A stretch of DNA of 62,842 nt, counting the filler, from Sphacelaria rigidula (Eukaryota), in assembly GCA_964200075.2 (NCBI GenBank). It is 8 parts of 8 records of this genome, joined end to end, with 100 filler letters (N's around TTAATTAATTAA, not from the genome) between each part and the next. Parts side by side here need not be neighbours in the genome. Positions count along the whole stretch, not along the records: positions 31,476 to 39,243 come from CAXNAA020013515.1; positions 39,344 to 47,110 come from CAXNAA020013516.1; positions 47,211 to 54,976 come from CAXNAA020013517.1; 5 more parts are not named here. One strand, given 5' to 3'. This document shows, in pieces, positions 37,236 to 48,830 of the stretch (the first letter of the stretch is position 1; every line of letters starts with the position of its first letter). The translations under genes and the position numbers were made by a program. The notes under the pieces were generated by a model. It was not told where the DNA came from, did no database searches, and was given only the letters and a program-made list of their open reading frames with translations.

Positions 37236-39168
37236 CATCATGTTCGGAACGCTCTTCATGCCTTTGGCGATTGGGGTTTGGCGTTCGGCACTTCCACATC
37301 AAGCGTCCCACCGTAATTGAGTCACACTTCTTTATTTCGTTTTCCTCATTCGACTGACCAACTGTCAACCGACCCGCTGTCGTCGATAGATAAAGCTGCA
37401 GAACAAGTAGGTACCAACGAAGTTTAACAAGGTTTTCGTGAGATTGAGAGTTGGGTGTGGATTGAGAGTGGCTTTGATCACTCGCTCTAACTTGGCCAGT
37501 TTTTCATTCCGTGCGTGCTTTTCGCCGTCTCATCACTGCTATGTGCTTACAGCTACACGTTGATATGCTTCTCAGGGGTATCGAGGGCCTCAGTGGCAAG
37601 CTACTACAGNNNNNNNNNGCTACTACAGAGAGAATATTGGGCCTGGTGGAGGTGCATTTCGGAACTGAAACGGATTATTCACTAATTGACCGCTTTTTAC
37701 TCTCAATCGTACCTTCAACTCTCAATTTCACGAAAACATTGTTGTTTGTGGTACCTGTACTGCTGTAGACTGCAGACTCTGATCTTGCAGTCTAGTTATA
37801 TATAGTATTTCTTTGTTATAAACTGCCCATAATACAACTTTTATAAAAATACTCAGTAACAACAACTGGCACGGTTGTCTGCAATTTAGGAGCTACGTGC
37901 CAATTCGTTCATGCCGCCGCTCGTTTCGCTTAAAACTCTGAGCTTTTCTGTTTTTGACAATGCCCGTCGCGTGCAACTAATTATATAATGGACTTGAAGC
38001 CATCTGAGAACATCAATGCCGTGGACGTATCTGATATGACCTCGTAGCGACTAATTCGATTCGATGGCATGTGTTCGAGTCGATTTGTTTTATAAGACAC
38101 GGATTCACCAAAATCTGATGCCACGGCATCAATTTGTTTCAGCTGCTCCACAAGTCAGTCATCCACCCGAAGAGAGAGGTAGCACGTACTCGTGATGTCC
38201 ACGAAAGATGTCTTGCTCTTCACGGTCCCTCAACATAATACATTGCCGTGGCACCGCTTTGTTTGTTGATGCCCCAAAACATGCACAGTGATGCCGAGCT
38301 GGTGGCTCGCCGGGTTCACGAAACGCGGACCGACAAGCGAGGCGGATCGATGCAACAAGACGTCGCAGGTATGTGCTCTGAAAATAGGCCAGGCGTAGCA
38401 TTCTCGATCCTAACAATATACTACCCATGAGGCCACTGCGCAACCGTACTAATCGGTCCGTATCAGAGGCGCCGCGAGGAGGGTAGTCAAGCTGTGTCAT
38501 GTATACTGTTTTTCAAGTATACTTGATGCCGACTCAACAGATGACCTAATCCCCCCCCGTCAAGGTGTTGAGACTCATTTGGGTCACGCGCCTCCCTTTT
38601 TCATGATGAAAAGAGGCAGTACGTAAGTTGTGGTGCCCGTGCAAGATGTTTTCCTGCTTATGGCCTCTGATTAAAATCTGATGCCACGGCATCGATTTGT
38701 TTCAGCTGCTGCACAAGTCAGTCATCCACCCGGAGAGAGAGGTAGCAGGTGCTCGTGATGTCCACGAAGATTTTGTCTTCCTCTTCACGGCCCCTCAATA
38801 TAATGCATTGCCATGGTACCGCTTTGTTTGTTGATACCCCATAACATGCACAGTGATGCCGAGCAGGCGGCTCGCCGGGTTCACAATAACGCGGACCGCC
38901 GGATGTTGTGGTAGTATAATAGTATATCTACTACATCACTTCGAGGTGTAGTGGGTATGTCCTACATCAGGTTCAGAACGCTCTTTATGCAATTGGAAAT
39001 TGGGGTCTGGCGTTCGGCACTTCCGCATCAAGCGTCCCACCACAAGTAAGTTACACTTCTTCATTTCTTCGTTTTCTCATTCGACTGACCAACCGTCGAC
39101 CGACCCGCTGTCGTCGATAGATAAAACCACAGAACACAGAACAACTGTAATAGGTGCCAACGAAGTTT
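37236..39168. repeat. Rearranged local duplications (37236-37425 similar to 38965-39168; 38110-38330 similar to 38673-38897), probably decayed transposon coding DNA
   Basis: Direct sequence similarity between the listed blocks. 38470-38550 also resembles 44228-44312 in another contig. Confidence 0.7.
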
Positions 39169-40182
39169 GACACTTTCTACGATAGCCCCCCCCCAAAAAA
39201 GTGCATGGTTTTGGGAGGCAAGATCTTCACGTAAATCAAAATGNNNNNNNNNNNNNNNNNNNNNNNNNNNNNNNNNNNNNNNNNNNNTTAATTAATTAAN
39301 NNNNNNNNNNNNNNNNNNNNNNNNNNNNNNNNNNNNNNNNNNNCCCCGATTACAAGGTAAAACCCAAGAAAAGAAAAAGAGGAAAACTAATGAAAAAAAA
39401 AAAAAGTGCAGTCAGCATCGATAATATTTAGATACACATCAAGATGGTACCGACTCAAAGCAAGCGAAGCGTACACCTTCGAAAGGAAGCGGCATTCTAG
39501 CACACGGAATCGTATACACAAGAGAGATACATTATTGCGTTGGCTGTCTGATGTCCTGTGTGTAGGTTGCTTGGTTGTCTCCAGCGTTGTACCGCAGCAA
39601 ATTTGTGTCAGCAGCATTGATGCGTGTGGAGCCTTTTTCTCGGTTGATGCTTCGTCCGAGCAACATGAAACACCACACAACGACGACGATGGAGCCATCT
39701 TGAATCGTGCGCCGTATCCAAGGCCGTGCAGATGCAGCTGAAACCTAAAGCGCAAATGGTGACTGCAACACCAACCCAGGCCACCGCAACCATACCGCGG
39801 GCATGGCGACACTCATAGCGGACGTTGGGTACACTACCCAGTAAACAAATAGACAGAGCGCCGCTTGTGAGACCGCCTTCGTCTTGGATATCATCCTGCC
39901 TCCGCATGGTGCTGCACCGCGGCTGCGGGCACCAGAAGACGGGCAAAACCATGTGTGACGGAAGCTATACTAGAATCAAGTATGTACTATGAAATGTACT
40001 ACGAAACGTAAAGGGACGGGACAAATATCAAAATAAAATTACTTGAAACTAGTGTTTGTACCATGAAAATCAACCCGTACTTATGGACCCGCCGCCAAGG
40101 AAACGTCGTCCACCTGGACTAAAAGTTGCTTTATTCTTCTGAGGAACAAGGACAGAGTTCGAACCTTCCCGTGTAAAGCTAT

Positions 40183-40440
40183 GCCGGTTCGGACGAATCA
40201 CCGCCGGTTCGAATCACCAAATCCACGATTTCTCAGGCTTGATTGCTCGAAAGAGAGAAAAAAGTCGACTGCTGGTCAAACAGGTCTCCACGCAACTTTT
40301 GCGTCATTCCACGTGGCTGGGCTGCGCGTACCTGGCTCGCAACGCTGAAAACAAAGCCCAAGGATTGATTCGTACGGTACGAATTAATTTCACTAAAATC
40401 AAGTCATTTCCGGACGAATCATTCATCCGTCCGACCCTTG
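40183..40440. mobile_element. MITE family H copy (opposite orientation)
   Basis: Perfect 8-bp TSD AAAGCTAT (40175-40182, 40441-40448). Reverse complement of 36180-36437. Confidence 0.85.
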
Positions 40441-41101
40441 AAAGCTATATACCCGTGTCTCCCCGTGTACAGCACGAGAGTCACGTTCCAAATAGCATGG
40501 TAATTTTGGCGAAGAAGGCCCGGGCGCACCCGAGGCAATGACTTTCGACGGGAAGATCCCGGGGTGTGTTGGGTAGGGTAGGGTAGGGCAGGACAGGGTA
40601 GGGTAGGGTACATCCTACATTTGGGTACTTTGAAAAATCGTACTCCGAGGACCCAAAACTTGGCTAGGGTATTAAGATCGTACTCGACAATACCCAGATT
40701 TTGAGTAAAGTAATTATATCGTTTTCAACTTCACCCAATATTTGGCTAGGGTTTCGATGTTCGGATAACCGACCGTGACACGAAATTCGGGAAGTGAATA
40801 CCCGGATGTTTATTATCCCCACGGAACACCCTTGGAAAGATCGATATCCGGCCCATTGGCGACAATAAGCCCTTCCTACGACTACCTAGCATCACGTTCC
40901 AGTGACGGCGAGGACGACTCACTTTTTTTCTTCTTGTTAATCCCCCGGAATAGGAACGATGAACGGCCATTGTCGGACCCATTGATTTTTCTTCACACGT
41001 TCGCCCGCATAGGGTATAGCGCACGGGGAATAAAAAGGTTTCGACTGAAAAACCGGCATTTCTTTTCAAAAACATCATCACCCAGCACATCGGACGGTTC
41101 G

Positions 41102-41577
41102 GCCGCTCCTCATGACAGACAATAATAATAATCAGGAAAAGTGCTTTTCTGGAGCTTCTACGTCGTTTAACGACCTAGAAAGAGAGCTAGGCGGAGTTTG
41201 ACACCTTGGAATGACTTGCCCTACTCGTTGAGGCGGTTCCAGGTCATCTTCCCATTTTCCGGTGGCCACAGCTTCTTATTTTGTCCAAACCAGATTTTTT
41301 GTTCAAGAATCGTTAAGTCCAGAGAAAAATGGCTATTTATTTTAGATTTGACTGTTTTTTTCATCGTTCTTGGACACAAATTCTTGTTTGGCCAAAAAAA
41401 ATGTTGGCACCGGGGAAGGGGAAGATGTCCTGGAACCGCCTCAACAAGCAGAGCAAGTCATTCCAAGGTGTCAAACTCCACCTAGCTCTCTTTTGGGGCG
41501 TCAAACGACGTAGAAGCTCCAAAAAGGCGTTTCGCCAGTTTTTTTTCTTCTTCATCTTGTCCGTTACAAGGAGCGGC
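41102..41577. mobile_element. About 475-bp foldback element (about 210-bp imperfect inverted arms)
   Basis: For example GGAGTTTGACACCTTGGAATGACTTGC versus GCAAGTCATTCCAAGGTGTCAAACTCC. The ORF track shows mirror peptides starting MTPWNDL / LTPWNDL on opposite strands. Confidence 0.85.
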
Positions 41578-42771
41578 TTTAGGCGCCTTCGGGGCTCATG
41601 CAAGCATAACCGACTTTTATTATGAAACAGATGAAGCGCATATACTTGAAACATGCTTCAACAGTGTATGTTGGGGCAAGTACCTACGTAGAACGCAGAG
41701 ACACGGTCACAAGAACTCCAACCTCCTGGCCGTTAGCTTTCTCTCGAAGACACCGCTTGTTCTTAGTAGGGTATGACTATATGTACATATGTGTACATAT
41801 ATACATACAGTATATATAATATATATATATATTCCTGCTCAAAATTCGAAGCATATACTGCCGCGCCCTGGTGATCCAGGTTAAAATGGTACAAAATAAA
41901 CCAGCTATAATAGGGTGGAACGCTTGGGGGTTCGAACCCCGACGGACATCAACGGTCTTCTTAACTTGAGATTGATCCATTTTCTCCTTGTTGAAGGCGT
42001 GAGAACGCGAGCGGGCGCATAGTACAATATTTCGACGGAAGCAGACGGATGCGGTGCGCGAGAGTGGATCTGATCCGCGAATACCCGCGTGTCAGATGTA
42101 CCATCATGTGACCACAGCCGGATCCCTGGAGGTCAGTTGAAGTGCGACAATCGATCAAAAATAATCAATCAGGCGTGTGGCTACTGGGTAAAGTGCGAGC
42201 TCGTGCCGGAGAAGGGGAAAGGAATGACGGAAGTGGTGACGTGAAAGTACGACGAAAAAAAAAAAAACTACTTCAACTGTCTGTGTACAACGGAGGACAA
42301 AAAAAAGTTCATGAAGGATTTTTGACACGTACATGAAAGAGCACAGTTGCGCAGTGGTCACCACAAGATTCAAGCCCAACACAACAACAAGAACGAAAAT
42401 GCAACACGCCTTAAGAAGAGAACACCGTGGAGTCCTTCATCCCCCCCCATCGCTGCACCACGTACGTACTGTCAGTGGCACATCCTTGGAAGAAAGCAAT
42501 ATGTACAGAACAACGACAACACTCACGCACGAAAAACATACAGAACATACAAACAGACACCACACCCCGGACAAAAAAATTTAGTGTAAAAAAATGTACC
42601 GCGTACAGTATAGAACCCATTGCCTGTTGCAATAGGCGCAATAGTCGATACTGTACGCAGTACACTTTTTGAGCGTGTATTCTCATGTCCAGGGTATGAC
42701 AGACACACAAACGACGCCAGAAAAGGGTGCCTGGGGTACAGTCATCTTCCATTCACGCTCGTCCTACCTAC

Positions 42772-42920
42772 CTCCTTCATGCACTTTTGCATCACGAAGA
42801 AGTCGTTGGGCCCAAACTGCTCAACGTTTGTCCTGAACGCAGCCCGCAGGTGCGGGTACTCGTGCGCTCGCTCTTCGTCTTTTCGATCCATCGCGTCTCC
42901 CGATAAATCGCCGTTGTCAT
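42772..42920 (-). CDS. Same gene, internal exon
   Basis: GGGCAG|AT acceptor (phase 1) and GAG|GTAGGT donor. Encodes DDNGDLSGDAMDRKDEERAHEYPHLRAAFRTNVEQFGPNDFFVMQKCMKE (FGPxDFF motif). Confidence 0.8.
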
Positions 42921-42993
42921 CTGCCCCACGCCAGAACGAAAGAGGTTGTGATTTGCGACTGCCGTTGACAATCATTCCCCCTCCCCCCGCCCC

Positions 42994-43120
42994 GTGCTCC
43001 GTCTCGAAAAGGATGCGTGGTCAATGGTCAAACGACTAAGGCAAGCAACAAATGAGTACGCCCCCCCCCGCCCTCCCTCCCTTCCAACATACGACGGCAT
43101 GCAGAATCATGAGTACACCC
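42994..43120 (+). mobile_element. Family A LINE 3' end followed by a family B terminal fragment
   Basis: A end flanked by CCCCCCGCCC (42983-42992, 43064-43073), then GGCATGCAGAATCATGAGTACACCC. Confidence 0.8.
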
Positions 43121-45420
43121 AAATGCATGACGACCGGCTTCAAATGTGCAGGAAGGCCATCAACAATAATCTCGTACTTTCCCCAAGAATGGAAGGTTAT
43201 CGTGTTTTCACCGAGACGAAAGTCACGCTGTAGCCCGCCGATACTGCACCCTAGTCATCCGCACTAACGTCAGGCACCGCGGTGCACGAAGGACACATCA
43301 CTCCGGCTGGGGGAACACTAGACGAGCAAGACGCAACATCGTACGCGTGACTCGCCAAACGCGAAAAGAGTGTGTGTCTAGCCCTTTACAGACCCTGTAC
43401 ACCGTACGTTTGTGTACCCCTCCAATAGATTAGTGGGAGTCTAGACACGAAGTATACCCACTTACTCTTACATACCCTCCGCCCCTTCCTTCCTCCTAGA
43501 TATGTCTATCTTGTATCTAATGACCACCCACGCCTCGACTCCCACCGGGTTAGTTGAAGTGCGAAAATCGACCAAACAAACGACCAGTCAAATTACTCCC
43601 CAGACAGGAACTTTCCTTTTGTAACTTCACCTTCAATGTATGAGTATGACCAACATCCCAAACCTCTCAAAGCTGCTTCCTCGATACAATCCCCGCCCCG
43701 GTGAAAAACCTTCCCATGTTGCTTGCTCCGTCGCACTATACGACTGTGCGCTGTTTAGTCAAAACAACCCACTTGAGCCAGACATGTCTTCTTCATATTC
43801 CGCTCCCGCTACAGTCCTTGTCAAAAACGCTCTTGTTTTGTGAGCCAGCCTCGTTTGGTATTTCAGTTTAGCTCTACTGACTTGTTGATAATTACATTTC
43901 GTCACCACCCTGCATGCACAAGCGTTTTTTTCTGTCCGCCTGTTTCTGTCTTGATGATTTCTGGTATTATTTCGTATTGTGTCCGGGGGGCGGGGATCCA
44001 TGGGTCTTACACCTGTCGTGGGCTGCGGCGTCTGGTATGTTCAGCTTGATATAATCAAGAGTCTTTATTCTTTGGTATGTCGGAGTAGTTTTTTCAGCTG
44101 TGTTAACGTCTTGGTTTGTTTCGTCGACACCACAGATAGCTTTGATACTTTCCGAGCAGTGTCGCTGCGTCGGTCGATTGTGTCCTGTGTGGAGACAGCT
44201 GTATCCTGATTGATCTGTCTTAACCCTTAGACCGCGGTGCGGGTAGTCCATCTGGATCACGCATACTTTTTTCAACTGAAAATTGATGCCGATTCAGCAG
44301 GTGATCTACCCTCGCGGTCCAAAGGTCAAGCGTGCTGGTATTATTGAGGGAAAAAAATACATGGACGACTGTGCCCTTATTAGAACGCTCCGCCAAGGCG
44401 CCGCCGAATCTGTAATTGACACGTCAGATCATGGTCAACTAGCATGACACAAGTCATGCGGGGCAATACTTGCGGGTACATGAGGTGGAACATGGAGGCA
44501 CTGGGTAACAACATCAACAACACCACCAGCAGCAGCAGCAACAATGACGCCCCTCCACTTGAGCAGTAAACTTTGCAACTGACCGGGTCCTGCTTCTCTC
44601 GTTTTGATGGGCGCCTCACCTGCAGCCGCCATATAGACGGGGGAGTATGTAGAGTCCACCGACTGTATGTAATCCCCGCCTTCATGATCAGGGCAGGTGA
44701 AGGGTCTATCTACTATGAGGAGAAGAGCCCAGTCTAGTACAAGATCGACTGCTCAACTAGAGCTGTCTTGTCGTCATCGCCGTTAATGTTGTCTGCCTAG
44801 CGTGGCGGTATCGTGGTTCATACTACCATGACACAGGTCATGCGGGGCAGTACGTACGGGCAATCCACAACACCGCGAAGCTGGGCAGGGTCATGTCATC
44901 GCGTGGCATCTCCATGTTCCACCGCATGCGCTCGTACTTATCGCCCCGCACGACACGTGCCGTGCAAGTTGAACATAGCCTGTGTAACGTGCCTTGTCAG
45001 CCATTACGCCGATTGGCGTGACAGCTGACGCGAAACAGCCAGCCACGTCGGGGATAGTCTTTTGACTAACCCACCCCACCTCAGTCACTTCAGACCACAA
45101 ACCCATCGTACAGGGTGGAAGCTGGACACCTTGTCTCTCACGGGAGGTATGCCCCCGGTGGTGTGCCAGCTGCGGATCGGTGAGCCTCAGGGGAGACACA
45201 CACATAAATGAACCAATCAATTTCCCGATCACCCCGTCCGCACGCACAACGCACATGCCAAATTTCTTCTGTGACCTCGCCTTCATGGCACGAATGTTCC
45301 CACCTCAAAATTCCTCGTTGGATACATACCATCACAGTCCATCGTGCCAAATGTTTCCTCCCATCAAAGTGCTACAACACTAGGCGAACGATACAATGAA
45401 GACACTTGGCTCGCTCTCAC

Positions 45421-45466
45421 CTCCCTTGTCCCCCGTCATGACAAACGTCGAAACTTTCAGGCTCGC
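45421..45466 (-). CDS. Same gene, 46-nt internal exon
   Basis: GGAACAG|GCG acceptor and G|GTGAGA donor. Encodes ASLKVSTFVMTGDKG. Phases 0 and 1 fit both neighbours exactly. Confidence 0.8.
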
Positions 45467-46243
45467 CTGTTCCAACCAGCCCCCGAACAGCCGCGAAAGG
45501 AAACATGTTCATCCACAAGCAAACGCAGAGGTCAGACGAAACGAACCCCACAGGATGACACGAAAAACTCACGGCCAAACGCAAACACAAAACGTTTGTA
45601 CCCAGCAAATCGAAGCTAGGGAGGCCGAAGCTGTCAAGTCATGTAGCACCGCGCGTCAGTGGACGTGCAAGCTACGGAGATTCCACGCTCTGGACGACGA
45701 TAATATATGGTCAATACATGCAATGAACCAAAACTGTACTGAGTGAAGTATAGGCATGTATTGACCCCATATTGCAACTATTGTCAATTGCATGTATTGA
45801 CCATCATCTACCAACCATATATTTATTGTCCAGGGTGTGGGAGATTCCTGGCTTAAACGGAGCAGAGCGGACTGGATAGATCTGGTACGAGTGCCCAATA
45901 GTATGCTATTACCTCAGGCGGGTTCTGCATGACACTCCACGATGCGCGATCTTCATCGGATTCCACACGCTATATACGTGCTGCTAAACTTTGATTTTTC
46001 ACCACCAAACACATTGCAGAAAGGAAAAAAAAACGCGAAAGTCATCACCCACAAACACATCCACGAAAAAACACTCTCGAACACATACGACACACGCATG
46101 CACTAGCCATCAGAGATCGATCGTAAATATCGTACAACAGCTACGTATTATATGTGTATACCTTGCAGTACATCATGCCTTAACGAGACAAACTTCAAAA
46201 ACGCCCGACGACTGCCGAACACTGTATCCACCCCGCCACCCAC

Positions 46244-46415
46244 CTCCTCCTGCGGATTGTGCAGCGCGAAGCCACCCCGACTGGTGAAGTAGGCGCCTAT
46301 GGCGTGGTAATTGACCATAACCGAAAAAGAGCCGTGCACAGCGATATGAGGATCCATCAGGCCGCGGAATTGCTCCGGGTTGTTGTTTCCCTTGTCCCCC
46401 GAGATCACCAGAGCT
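46244..46415 (-). CDS. Putative SAM-dependent methyltransferase (MidA/NDUFAF7-like)/TPR-type protein, internal exon of join(46415-46244,45466-45421,42920-42772)
   Basis: ACTCAG|A acceptor and GAG|GTGGGT donor. Encodes ALVISGDKGNNNPEQFRGLMDPHIAVHGSFSVMVNYHAIGAYFTSRGGFALHNPQEE. The S.DKG...HGSFS.MVNYHAIG motif is recalled from bacterial methyltransferase-TPR proteins. The exon is secure; the product name is less so. Confidence 0.75.
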
Positions 46416-46550
46416 CTGAGTGTTTTTAAACCATGTCCGGAGAATCAAAACATTGGTGGGCACGGGGGGGGGGGGTTCAATACTGACTTCTGCGCTGCGT
46501 TTTTGTTACATGCGTGTTTCAACAAGTAAAATGCTCCCTCAGCCTTGCCC

Positions 46551-46882
46551 GGTCGGCCCGGTGGCCCAGATGGTAACCTCGAAACGTTCTGATGGCTGAG
46601 TCGTGAGTTCGTATCTCAATAAAGTCACACGATCTGAGATTCTTTTCACACAGTGCCCAACGGCGGAGAGCGAAATTGTCGCGGGTACACAACGTCCAAC
46701 TTGACGGTCGACGAGAGAAACGAACTGCTGAACCCCTGTCGGGATCGGGATAAAAAAAGAAGGCAAGCACCGCAGAACGAAGGTGGAGCATCGAACAAAA
46801 AAATATATAAAACAGCTCCTGTGGTGCCCTTTCTCCTGTGTGACCCTGCCTGTTGCGCCCACATATACCGGAGCGTGTAGAC
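46551..46882 (+). mobile_element. tRNA-derived SINE copy
   Basis: GGTCGGCCCGGTGGCCCAGATGGTAACCTCGAAAC...GAGTTCGTATCTC (decayed A and B boxes). Body colinear with the other copies. Confidence 0.8.
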
Positions 46883-47544
46883 TTTCTTTTTCCTCACACT
46901 TTGAACCCCTCCCCTTCCTCGGGATGAGTCCGTGGTCTCAGGGGATCAACCCATCTCTCCCCCGGTACGTGCCTTTCATTTTGATCTCGCAGATTCGATC
47001 AGCACTCCCGCACCGCATCAACTCACGTCACACAGACCCAGTCGACTACTTTTGTTTACTCACATTCTCACGCTTTCCACGGTGGAAATCATACATTACA
47101 AAGAAAAACCNNNNNNNNNNNNNNNNNNNNNNNNNNNNNNNNNNNNNNNNNNNNTTAATTAATTAANNNNNNNNNNNNNNNNNNNNNNNNNNNNNNNNNN
47201 NNNNNNNNNNGTGTCTGTGCGTAAACACACTGCACAGCATCGCCAGCAGCGATGAACTCGTCACGGGGCGACGGAACCCTGTGATGCACACTTTTCATGA
47301 CCACGGTAGAGAAACCCTGTGGAGAGGAACCCTGTGATGCACACTATTCATGACCACTGTAGGAAAACACTGTAGAGAAAAATTACCGCCAGTAACACTG
47401 CGCAGGGTACATAAACCCTGTAGACCCCCTTCACAGGGTGCTATCTGTCCACATGTGGTGCGCCGACGCCGTACGTTTGCCATTCCCCTGCAGCGATGCC
47501 GACAGGATCAGGAACCCTCTATTCTCGGCTAGGCAGGTCGTTGG

Positions 47545-48830
47545 TCAATCCTTTCTGCATCGAGGGTAGCTCTCCTCTCTGCCGGAGTCCATGAACGTTC
47601 CTCCGTCACACCGATCCGTTCTGGGACTCAGCAGCCGGCAAGATAGTCTAGGGATCCAAAGTAAGCCCTTGGGTGTGACCTCTGCTGGAGCTTCCCTTCC
47701 ACAAACGCTCACATGAAATGGGATCTCTTTCATCGCCAGCTCCTGCAGCTGCTTCTTGTTCCCAAATAAACAGCTTCGATTAACCGTTCGCGTGTTCCTA
47801 AAATCCTGTTTCCAGGGAATCAGGTGGACAGTCGCTGCCGAGTCGCGCAGAATCGCCACCTCTGTGTCACTAGCGGTCGACGTGCAAATGGATACTACTG
47901 GCTCATGTTCGACTACCAAGGTCATCGTCATGAATGCCCTTGGTCTGCATCTCTTCCCATTATTTCTGCCGTTTTGTGACAGGTGGGAACATTCGTGCTG
48001 GGCTCAACGCCGGCGGTCGTTTGGCCGGAGATTCGCCGGTAAGGTAGGAGCGACACTCCCGACACCTATGGTTTCGCTTCAAATAGTAGGCGCATTGATT
48101 ACTATCGAGCCCCGAGTCGGGTTTGTTGTCGCGCGCTCTCAATTGGAACGCTACTGCTTCATCGCAGCATTTCATGCCAGACCTTAGGTATGCTGAGGAT
48201 GCTACGAGTGCCCGTTTTAGCTAATTGTACGTCCTACCTGACTGGGTTATTTGCTGGATGAAGGGTTGAGAAAGTGCTTCCTTGATCCCGAGTAGAAGAG
48301 ATGCCCTCTTCGCCTGCTTGGCTTGGGCGTTTCCACGCGCTTCGAGGTCCACCCAGATAGTGTCCAGCTTCACCATTTAACTTGATGGTTCTCCTGCAGA
48401 ATTGCACTGGAGATCCTGCAGTATTAGTTGCAATACAAGTCGTTGCACAGGCCTCTCGTCCTGTGGCACGTCCTCCGTGAGTCCGTTCCATCTCCTGCCA
48501 GGCTTCCCTGCCGTCAGGGTTGCCACCGTGCTCGCATCGTGCGACAATGGCTGCGACTGACCCTTTCGCAGCCTGTGCCAGGGGGAACCACATAGACTGC
48601 GTGATGCGTTGGTGCGTTTCGTACGCCCTACGCTGGTCGAGTGTTGTGGTCGCTGTTGAACGGCCGGTGTGGCATAATCCGGTCGTAGCAGCTGGTATAG
48701 TCCCTTTCCTGCTGCATATTCAGCGATGGAGAGTAAGCGTGCGTTCCATGGTTTTTGCGAGTGCTCATGAGCGCCCGTGCAGACTGGCAGCTTGCGTGGT
48801 TTTGCCTCCATACTCTTCGAGGTTCACGAG
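47545..48830 (-). mobile_element. Degenerate Ty1/Copia LTR retrotransposon gag-protease fragment
   Basis: Gag DGREAWQEMER, decayed zinc knuckle CAYYLKRNHRCREC, and Copia protease pattern ILRDSAATVHL...FGNK...LLWIPRLSCRLLS. Broken by frameshifts and stops. Confidence 0.8.

Noticed and set aside
557-46415. IDE, ODA-DC and methyltransferase-like genes as a co-oriented cluster
   Set aside because: They lie on three separate contigs ordered only by length, so linkage is unsupported.
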